Source of the DNA: Saprolegnia diclina VS20
Taxonomy: Eukaryota
Reading direction: 5' to 3'
DNA length: 64,000 nucleotides
Assembly: GCF_000281045.1 (NCBI RefSeq)
Contig: NW_008246174.1
Location: 3,042-67,041, forward strand
A program made the position numbers and the translations under genes. The stretch's first letter is position 1. Every line of letters begins with the position of its first letter. The notes below the pieces were generated by a model. It did no database searches, was not told the origin of the DNA, and worked only from the letters and a program-made list of their open reading frames with translations. Positions 48,269-57,661 of the stretch are shown piece by piece.

Positions 48269-48873
48269 TTACTCGCTATCGACTAAGATCTCGTCCGACC
48301 AGACATTGTGGGTGAGGATCGTTTGGGCGACCGCTACGTGCTGCTCCTCGAGGCCGAGCTGGTAGTCGGGACAGATGCAGTGAGCATGGACGCTCGCATA
48401 CGCGCCTAGGTCACGGATAATGGGTGTTGGCGCCGGCGCAACGCACCGTAGCCCCAGAGACCTGAAGTTGTGGCATGCGACGCCAGCGGGAGGTCGTCGA
48501 GAATGACAAAGCGCCGTACCGAATGGTTGCGCAGCCAGTGGCAGATCTCGGCCTGGCGGCTGCTGGCTGCATCCGCGCGCGGCAAGACGTCGGTGGCACC
48601 TTCGACACCACGAAGTATGCCATGGCGTTTAAGTGCTGCGTCGACGCGAGCACGCAGCACATCATGCTTGCGCCAGGTGCTTGTGAGCACGACGCTGGCC
48701 GGCGGGCTCTGGCTGGCGACGATCGCGGCGAGGTGCTGCATCGCTTCGGCGGCGAAGAGCGCAGCCTCGTCAGTGTAGTCGCCGCCTACGGTGGTCGCTG
48801 GATGGCACACGCCATCGACGTCCAAGAAGACAACAGCGTCGAACGCAGGCTCTTCCGCCAGGGGCTCTGCCAT
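48269..48873 (-). CDS. HAD-superfamily protein of the Swiss-Army-Knife RNA-repair HAD type (1 intron)
   Basis: VVFLDVDGV (motif I), VVLTSTWR, R..EI..WL and FVILDDL. The second exon reads ...CPDYQLGLEEQHVAVAQTIL...DSE*. Confidence 0.75.
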
Positions 48874-49047
48874 GCTCCTCGCTTGCTCACGAAAGATACC
48901 CTCGCTGGGCCGGTTTTGGGGGTACCCTTATTTTAAATCTCATATTTTATTATGATACAAAGAACATATAATACAATGGTATATAGGGTGGTGTCGGCAG
49001 GGGTCGTCCCGTCCTCGTACTGGTCCACCACAAACAAAGAGACGACG

Positions 49048-50216
49048 ATGATGCACCACCCCGTCGTCGGCGCTGGCAGCGAGATCGAGTGGAGCTCGCC
49101 CGACGGCCCGCAGCGCGGGTACCTCGTCTTCCCAGAGGCGCACGTCGGGCGCATCATGACGGGCGTCGTCATTGCCGCGGACGCGCCGGGCTTTGCCAGC
49201 CACCACGTCCGCACCTTTGCCGACAAGCTCGCGGAGCAGGGCTACAAGGTGCTCGTGCCCGAGGCGCCCTTCGCGCCGCTCTCGGCCGTCGACGAAGTCA
49301 GCCGCACGCCGCAGTTTGTCCAGTGGCAGCGCGACGCGGCGGCCAAACAAGACGACGTCCTCGCCCGGCTCCGCGCGGCCCGTGACGTGCTCAAGAACTT
49401 CCACGAGGTCACGCGCGTTGGCGTGCTAGGCCTCGGCGTCGGCTCGGAAGCTGTTCTTGCGCTGGCCTCGGAGAGCCCTCCGTCGTTTGATGCGGCTGTC
49501 GTCCTCTGCCCGACCGCGCTGGCGCTGGTGCCATTGACGACGCCAACGCTCTTGGTGGCGGGCGACCGCTACGAGTACATCGACATGAAGCAGGTTTGCG
49601 CAACGATGCGTCAATGTGCTGTGACAATGACGATAGATCCGCGAGTATGCGGCCGTCGCCAACGTGGACAACCATCTTCGCGTCAAGGTCGCGTAAAGAC
49701 CGCGCAGGAGTCGGTGCTAAAGACGCGTGAACTAGGTCCTGACGGGCGGCCAGCGACACGGATTTTGCTTTAGCCACATCATGGACGAGGACGCTGGGAC
49801 GCTCGCGATCGCCGAGGTGCTCGACTGGCTCATGTTTTACCTGCACCGGTTCCGCCTCGCGGCCGGGACCAGCGACGGTACATGCCCTTCATCAAAGGTG
49901 CTGGTGCTGAGTTATTGCACGCTAGGCGATCCGTGGTGGCCTCAAGGGCGCAACGGGCCGTTCTACAATGTCGGCCTCGCCAACTGGCAAGCGAATCGCG
50001 CGCAGTGGACGACGCCGGTCCGGCCGCGGTAGGTTCGATCGTGGCTTGCGATAACACTCATGCGCTCTGTGCAGGCCACCGCGCCGACCGCCCGTCGATA
50101 GCAACTTGATTCTCGAAGGCCTGGCGTCCATGCGCCGGACGTACGAGCTGCCGCAACCCATGAACCTGAGCGACGTCATTGCGCTGTACGTGGACATTTG
50201 GGACGTCAACCAGTAG
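49048..50216 (+). CDS. Dienelactone-hydrolase-like alpha/beta fold fused to a DUF4050/Gag1-clamp-like C-terminal domain (4 introns)
   Basis: FADKLAEQGYKVLVP, RVGVLGLGVG, PTLLVAG and RHGF, then NVGLANWQANRAQW...ELPQPMNLSDVIALYVDIWD. Exons join through canonical GT-AG introns (first: 49594-49636). Confidence 0.7.
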
Positions 50217-50267
50217 TATAGACAGACGCCCGAGCAATAGACAAGGTGTACATCTCGCAACGCGTTC

Positions 50268-53200
50268 TTATTGGTTCAAACTGAAGCCGCCGCCAATGTA
50301 GCGCTTGGACGACGTGATCGCGAGCTGCTTTTGCTGGTCGCTCAGCTGCCGGACTTTCTCGGGCATCGCTGCGGAGATTGGATATGAGTCGACTTGATAC
50401 ACTGATATATATGTACCTGGCTGCGTCGGCGCGTGCTTGTGCAGCGTTGGAAGCCCCGGCACGTCCGTGAGCTTGTCCTCGAGCTTTTTCTTGTAGTACT
50501 TGCGCTTGACGTCGTGGAGCTCGCGCGCGAGGCGCTCAATCTCAAATTTGAGTTCGTTTTCTTTCGACTGAAACATATTTTGCTCCGAGAGAAGGGCTTT
50601 GAGCTGCTTGTCCTTGTCCCGAAGCGTCTGCTGGTACACGCTTAGCTGCTCGGCGACTTCGGGGCCGGGCTGCCGCGCCAGAATGTTCTTGAGTTCAACG
50701 TACAACTTGTCCTTTTCCAAGAGGACGAGGTCCTTTTCCACGACTTCTTCGGTCTTTTGAATGAGCCGCTTCTGGAGCGTCTGGATCTTCTGGATCATCT
50801 CGTAGCTAGATCAACATAGTTGCGTGTGGAGAGACGCTCGATAACGTACGTGGCAGGGTCGCTGCCCTCGAGCTTGCGCCACCGGTGGACATTCATGGGG
50901 TTTTCGAGCTCTTCACTGAGCGCCTTGACCTTGGTCTTCTCCTGCAGAAGCTCGCGCTGGAGGTGGTAGACCTAGAGCATGGAGTTCGTATCCAGTTTCT
51001 AATAGCATGACTGAAGGAACCTCGCGCTTTAGATCGTCGAGTTGGCCGACTTGGTGCTTTGCGATGTGGAGCTCGCGCTTCATGTCGGTGATTTTGAGTT
51101 TGAGCACGCGAATGTCGGCCATGCGTTCTTGGTACTGCGTCTCGCCTACCGATATGAAATGACCTTCAACTCAAAACAAAAGTACCTTTGCTGAGCGTCG
51201 ACTGCTGGATCTTGAGCTTCTCGTAGAGGAGTGCGAGCTCGTCGTTGCGCCGAATGAGCTGCGTCCCGAGGATATCGCGCTCGTTGATGACTTGGTCGTA
51301 CTCCTTCTTTTGCTCCAGCGCTTCGTCGTCCATGCGGCGGATCATGGTCGTCAGCTTTCGCAGCTCTGCGTCTTGGTTGTTGATGGTCTCCTCGTTGGTC
51401 GTGAGCAGCGTCCTAAACGCATCTCGATACCTTGATACCTTGATATTGTGTCAACGTACCGCAGCCGCGCGAGCTCGCTCTTGTGCTGCTCCTTTTGTTT
51501 TTCGACTTTTTGGTGGTCGAAATGCTCCTTGACGAGCGCATGGTCCTTTGCGCTCACTTCTTCCTTGAGCTGCTCGATCTGGTGGTTGATGATCTTGAAC
51601 TTGCGCTTCATCTCTGCAATCTCGTCTTGGGACTCGATGAGGTTCTTGCTGTAGAGGTTTCGGTCGCTCCGCACGGCTTCGTAGAGCTGCTGCTGCTGCT
51701 TGAGCTTGGACTCGCCTTCGGTGACCTTTTTCTGCATCTCGTAAATGCGCATGTCCTTGAGCTTGATGTCCTCTTGCGCCTGGAGGTACAGATTGCGCTG
51801 CTCGCTGGCCTCGATGCCGTACTTCTCCCGCTCCTTCTCGAGCTGGTAGATGAGCTTGCGCTGCTTGGCGGCCTCGTTCTTGTACCCGTTGAGCTCGGCT
51901 TCGAGGTTCTTGGCGACGCGCTCGTTGGTTTTGACTTCGTCGGTGGCCTTTTTGATTTTTTCTTCAGCCTTTTGGACGTTCTTGATCTGGATGCCCCGCT
52001 CGCGCTCAAGCGCATCGAGCTCGGCCTTTTGCGCATCTAGAAACAATATATAAATGCAAAATCAAAGTCGCCGGACGGTATCGAACCCTCGATCTTCTTG
52101 TCCGTGTCGAGGTCCTTCTGCATCGACTTGATTTGCGTCTGGAGCACAATCTTGGCCGTGCGCTCTTCTTCGAGCTTCTCTTCGACTTTTTGCGTGTTGC
52201 GTTTCTCCTTGTCGATCTTGCGCTCGGCCGCGCCCTTCTCGAGCTTGAGCTTGGTGATTTCGTCGTCTTTGGCCTTGACTTCAATCTCGAGTTCCCGTCG
52301 GTGGAGTTCGAGTTGCGTCGCCTTGTCGCTCTACCAAATACACATGTTGCAGCTATATGTCCGAGCAGGAACGTTGTATACCTGCTCGTTCAAGAGCTCG
52401 GTGAGCTTTTGGCTGCGGTTGTACAGCGCTTCGTAGTCGCGGACGTACTTGTCCATCGCCGCTGCCATTAACGCGTGATAAGAGGACACGAATCATGAAG
52501 GAAGAGCGCACCTTGGCTGTCGCTGAGCTGCTTCTCGAGGCCTTGGATCTGGGACTGGGCGCGCGTCATGTCGGTCGAGAGGGACGTGCTTTCGACTGTC
52601 TTCTTTTCAAGCTTGAGCTTGACGTCCTTGATTTCCTTGTCGAGCCGCTCCTTCCGGCGGTTCTCGCGCTCTTGTTCGTTCTATGTGCGTGTTTAGGGCT
52701 AGGTTACATATGAAAATGATCAGCGTGTCTACCGTTTTGAGCACAATTTTCTCTTTGAGCGTCTGGATCTCGGCAATGTGCTGCTTCTTGGTCTCGTCGA
52801 GCTCCATGATGCGAGCGTGGAGCTCCTGCATGCGCTGGTGGTCTTTGCGCGCGTTGTTTTCGTGGTCTTCGTTGCTGCGCGAGAGCTCGTCCTTGGCCTT
52901 GACGAGCTCCTTCATCATGTTTTCTTGGCCGATGCTCAGCCCGGCCCTGCATTGTCTATGAGATCCCTCGAGTTCGGAGTCGTCGTACCCTTGTTCGACG
53001 AGGCGGCTCAAGTTTGTGATTTCGTCCTTGAGCTGCGTAATTGTCTCCTTGGCGCGGATCTCCTTTTCGTGGGACGCGTCCACCATCTTCCATGCCTTCT
53101 CCATTTCCTTCTTAAGTGACGCGATCGTCGCCTGGTCTTCCTGCGAGAGCTTCAAAGCCGTTTGGACTTTGGCGGCGTTGTTGACGATTTCGCCGTTGAG

Positions 53201-53416
53201 TTCGCGGCACTTTTTGATGAGCTTCTTCTCTTGAAGCGAACTCTTTTTGAGCGCGCGATGGAGCTTCTCGTACTCGAGCCGGAACCGCTCGAGGCTCTTG
53301 TCGCCGACGAGCTCCGTGAGCACCTCTTGGAAGTCCTTCTCGAGCGACTCGAGCGACGTCGGCTCCATGCTCGGCTCATCGAGGCCCTTGGGTACATTCG
53401 AGTCGTCGTCGTCCAT
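50268..53416 (-). CDS. CFAP58: Cilia- and flagella-associated protein 58 (CCDC147/FAP189-like); multi-exon
   Basis: LVGDKSLERFRLEYEKLHRALKKS, QQQLYEAVRSDRNLYSKNLIESQDEIAEMKRKFKI, NPMNVHRWRKLEGSDP, ILARQPGPEVAEQL and YIGGGFSL. Alternative ATG at 53458. Confidence 0.92.
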
Positions 53417-53921
53417 GTTGAGGAGATTGGGTTTGGTTTCACGCGCTGCATTTAGCATCCGGATCTATCCGGAGGGATGATTTTGGAGAATCATCCAGTT
53501 GCCAACGGTCATGCCGGCGTTCCATGACCGAACGTGGTCGACTCGGTTTCTCCGCCACTGCGTTTTTCATCCAAGACGCATGTATATTTACGGTCGCAGA
53601 TGATACCTGAGCCACAAATTGTCGACGCGCACCCAGTAGCTGAATAGAAAGCGTGCAGTCTCCTGGTCGTTACGATCTTCCGTTCCAGAGACCGCGCTAC
53701 CATCCTATGCGCTGGTTGAGTCATTTAGCATTTTATTCGCCAGGGCTCAATGGCCACCACGGCAATGACCCCGACGATGACGACCCAGCTCGCAGCAGCA
53801 TCCCAGTGCATCGGTTGCCGAGATCCTGCAGCCCTTCGCCCCGCAACTCGCTCAGAGTATCGCGGCCCGTATTCTAGGATCTGCGCAGCCACCGCCGGGT
53901 CTCATTGCGGCCCAGTCGAGC

Positions 53922-55649
53922 GTGGCAGGCCATTTCCAGCTCTTTTACGACTACTTGCCGTCGACGGCAGCTCCGTCGTGGGCGACCTGCGAGGCGTTCA
54001 TGGCGGCTGTTGACGACTGGGACACGCTATTTGCTTCACCAGTGGCCTCGCGACTCGAGCTCCTCGCGGTCCATCAAGCGCTCAAGAGTCGACTGACCCA
54101 GGTGGAAGGTCGGTTGCAAGAGCTGCAGGACACAGTCCAGGACCCGATCGTGACGAGCACCAAGCTGGACGACCGCGTGTGGCTCCAGGACGTCGACGTC
54201 TGGCAGATGTACGTCGAGAGCGACGCGCTGCTCAACGACTCGCGGGCTGTGGGCAGCCAAACACAGTTACGACAGCAACTCGAGGCTGCGACCAGTGCGT
54301 GGGACGACCCGAAGCGGCCAAACCCCGCTCGACGAGCCCTTGCTCGCATGCCGGGCGATTCGCAGCGGCGCCGTTGGATCGGTCTCGTGCTACTGCTCGC
54401 AGTAGTAATCGCCGTAGCCATTGCGCTGGGTGTGACACTTCGAACGCCGTCGAGTACGACAACGTTAACTGCCGCCGATGGAACGAACGTACCAACACCG
54501 ACGGCGACATCGACTCCGACAACCTTAGCACCTCTGTCAGCGTCAGCTCCAACGCCCGCTCCGACGCCTGCTCCGACGCCTGCTCCGACACCCGCTCCGA
54601 CGCCTGCTCCGACGCCTGCTCCGACGCCTGCTCCGACACCCGCTCCGACATTGCCACCTGTTGGCAACCGACCGTTCACCGTCTCAACCTTGGCGGGGAC
54701 TGCTCAGTCCAGCAGTGTCGATGGCACGTTGACGTCCGCCTCGTTTCAGTATCCTCGTTCGATCGTTGGCGCTGCCGGAGTCCTCTACGTCGGTGAAGAG
54801 CACAAGCTTCGGCGCATTGATCGTACCAGCGGCACGGTGTCGACGATTGCTGGGATGCTTGGCCCTGGCCCACGCATTGACGGCAACCTTCAAGATGCTC
54901 GAATTAACAACTTCTACGGATTGGCTCTGGACGGTCCCGGCACGTCTCTGTACGTGGCTGACGCAAGCAACAATGCCGTCCGCGCCATCGACTTGGTGCG
55001 CGGCGTCGTGTCGACTCTGGGCACCGGCGTGTCAGGCGCAACCAACGGTCCTATCGCAAGCGCCAAATTTTCCGCACCATGCGGGGTACTATGCTATGGT
55101 GACAGCATCTACGTGGCCGACACGGCCAACAAGCTCGTCCGCCAGATTGTCAACGGCACCGTGTCCACTTTTGTCGGCAAACTCGGCTCGTCAGCGCGTA
55201 TTGACGGCCCAATTGGGGTCGCAACGCTGATCAATCCGTACGCCGTCGTTATGACGCCGCAAGGCGTCATGTACATTGCGGAAACCTACCAAAGCGTCAT
55301 CCGCAAAGTCGATCTGGACGGCACCGTGTCGACCATTGGTGGGCAGTCACCCGGCTTTGCGGACGGCCCCAGTGCCACCGCGCGCTTCAGTGGTCCGTAC
55401 GGATTAGCAGCCGACGAGGACGGCAACATTTTTGTCGCCGACACGTACAACAACCGCATTCGCGTCATCGATGCGGCGACGGGCGTCGTCTCGACCATCG
55501 CAGGAGCCGCAACATCAGGCTACATGGACGGTGTGGGCACAAACGCCAGGTTCAGGACACCGACAAGCGTCTATTACGACGGCAATGGCTCTTTGTACGT
55601 GGCTGACTACGGCAACGGCCGCATCCGCCACCTGCACTTTGACCGCTAA
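53922..55649 (+). CDS. Type II membrane protein with Pro/Thr stalk and NHL-repeat beta-propeller; start uncertain (in-frame ATGs include 54000 and 54348)
   Basis: RRRW followed by a hydrophobic helix, (PTPA)n, and NHL repeats (F..P.G+A.D..GNIFVADTYNNRIR, LYVADYGNGRIR). Confidence 0.85.
   Translation: MAGHFQLFYDYLPSTAAPSWATCEAFMAAVDDWDTLFASPVASRLELLAVHQALKSRLTQVEGRLQELQDTVQDPIVTSTKLDDRVWLQDVDVWQMYVESDALLNDSRAVGSQTQLRQQLEAATSAWDDPKRPNPARRALARMPGDSQRRRWIGLVLLLAVVIAVAIALGVTLRTPSSTTTLTAADGTNVPTPTATSTPTTLAPLSASAPTPAPTPAPTPAPTPAPTPAPTPAPTPAPTPAPTLPPVGNRPFTVSTLAGTAQSSSVDGTLTSASFQYPRSIVGAAGVLYVGEEHKLRRIDRTSGTVSTIAGMLGPGPRIDGNLQDARINNFYGLALDGPGTSLYVADASNNAVRAIDLVRGVVSTLGTGVSGATNGPIASAKFSAPCGVLCYGDSIYVADTANKLVRQIVNGTVSTFVGKLGSSARIDGPIGVATLINPYAVVMTPQGVMYIAETYQSVIRKVDLDGTVSTIGGQSPGFADGPSATARFSGPYGLAADEDGNIFVADTYNNRIRVIDAATGVVSTIAGAATSGYMDGVGTNARFRTPTSVYYDGNGSLYVADYGNGRIRHLHFDR
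54546..54650 (+). repeat. 12-bp coding minisatellite (gctccgacgcct, ~8.7 units) encoding (APTP)n
   Basis: Read directly. Variant units (ccgacacccgct) recur every four units. Confidence 0.95.
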
Positions 55650-56228
55650 GAGCTAGTACATGCATTTTTCCGACAGGTTATGTCGATAGTCAAGCAGTCC
55701 ATTGGTGCCAAGTTCTTAGCCTTTATTTCGACCAAATACCCCTAATGATGATACATTATTCTCACTAGCATTTGATGCCTTCCTTCCCGAGCGCCCATAC
55801 GTCGGCGCGGGGTCGCGTACCGTGCAACATGTAGGGCTAGGGCATTGCCCTTGTGAACTATCTATGACGCGCGTGCGTAGATTCACTGTGTTCAATGCAG
55901 TCAAAGGAAAAGTCGCTGCTCGTTGATATGGTGGGTGCAATTGTTGAGCGTTTAAATGGAGAAAATCCTCAATTCAAAAGTTCAACAAGCACGCCACAAG
56001 ACCAATTCTACGAACGACGTTGCAGGTCCTTGGCAACTCCAAGGCCTTACCGCTCAAGTCGAGGATCGAAAGCTGTTAAGCAGTTGAGGCAAGTGCCAGC
56101 CACAAACCACAAGCACAGTGTCGACCACTGATTGAATGAGCTCTACGGTGCGTTGGTAGCCCGTCCTTGGAGGGGTAAATAATGCTTTTGGTCATCGAAA
56201 CCAAGACATGTAATTAGAATGCAGTCGG

Positions 56229-57480
56229 TTAGCCAATGCAGACACTTTGGTACGTCGGGATGAGATACTTGATGTTGATGAACGCGTCGTCGCCGCCATT
56301 GAGCTCAAAGATCTCGAGCGTCTGCTGGATGAGATCGCCGAGGTTCTCCTGCTTTCGCTGCGAATAGTCGATGCCGTCCCCGAGGTTGTCTACAAAAACA
56401 TAATGAGAATCGAGTGGTTTTTTCTGGCAAATATCACCATTTTTGCGCACGAAAATGTTGAGAATCGGCAGAATCTGACGGTAGTAGGGCACGAGCGCTT
56501 GGCCAATGAGTCCGCCGGCCGCAAACCCGTCTTGGCCGGGCTTCTTGTCGCACGTGACCATGAGCTGCAGGATGTGAAGCGTCTTGACAATGATCGATGC
56601 CTTGCGCGTGTTGAGTGCGTCTATCGTAGATCTTGGTCGCCAGATAGTCATTTTTGCAGTCGGACTTTTGATGGGAATGATGAGCTGCGGGATCACGGGC
56701 AGCACCTTGGAACTGGCGTTCACCATCATGTCCTTGATACCCTATATAAACCAGTGCTTACGTTGATGTATCGCAACAGGTCCAGCGTACCTGCTCGGCC
56801 AAAAATGCATACGGCTCTTCGATCTCGCGCAACCCATCGAAAAAGATGGGCAAGTAGTGGTGAAAGTCGAGCTACCGTCCAAATGAACATTGTAACTTGG
56901 ACAAAGCATGTCCACCTTGGTGATATCGACCTTCCACGCGACGAGGTTTTTGACGCCGCCGTGGTCGATCTGAATTGGCAAATCGCCGCGTTCGTAAAAC
57001 CTACCCTTGGACATTGAGCACTCCAATTTGCCATCGACCACAGGCGTACTTTCGAAAGGACGTGTCGGGCGGGTTTGGCCGCTCGCGGAAGGCGCCAGGT
57101 TGGTGCCGCTCCTTGCGCGGCGACGGCGTCATGGCGCCATCGCGCTACTAAGAGCATCAAACAATGCGCTGCCGATAAGAAAGACGTACCTTGTGGAGGC
57201 GATCCGTGTCGGCGTGGCCGCCATACCCCGCGCCCTTTTTCAAAAACTGATCGGTCGTCTCACGCTTGATGGGCTTGGAGAGCGAGAAGGCGCGGATCAT
57301 GTCGGGATCCGTCGGGGTATCCTCATACTTTTTCTTCTACGAGAGAGGGATTTCATATCGTGATTGGGACGGGGGGCGTACGCGGGGGGCGACTTCGGTC
57401 GTGTCAAAGCACGACCCCGACTCCTTGAGTCCCTTGGTTCGGGGCACAATGCGCGTCGGTACATTCGGGATGCCGGACAT
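56229..57480 (-). CDS. PACRG: Parkin co-regulated gene protein (axonemal inner-junction protein); multi-exon
   Basis: [57 protein letters not shown] and [19 protein letters not shown]. Confidence 0.95.
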
Positions 57481-57661
57481 CTTGGCGAATGGGCAACCTG
57501 CGGGCGTTGCGGCGAAACGTAAGTCGACTATTTATATACGAGCAAAAGCGCGGTAACCAACGTTGAAGATGGCAACTCGCTCTCTCTATCAGTGGTCCAC
57601 TACGTTCTTAGTGGGATCTCAGCTCGGGTCTTGTAGAGTCGTTGTTGCATATACTTAATCG

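Noticed and set aside
45041..54650. Possible CRISPR-like repeats (47-bp duplication, 12-bp array)
   Set aside because: There are no spacers and no cas genes, and the context is eukaryotic; these are simple tandem repeats.
57562..57576. X-box-like GTTGAAGATGGCAAC upstream of PACRG (and GTTGCC upstream of CFAP58)
   Set aside because: The match is poor, there is no convincing copy upstream of the dynein, and RFX factors are not established in oomycetes.
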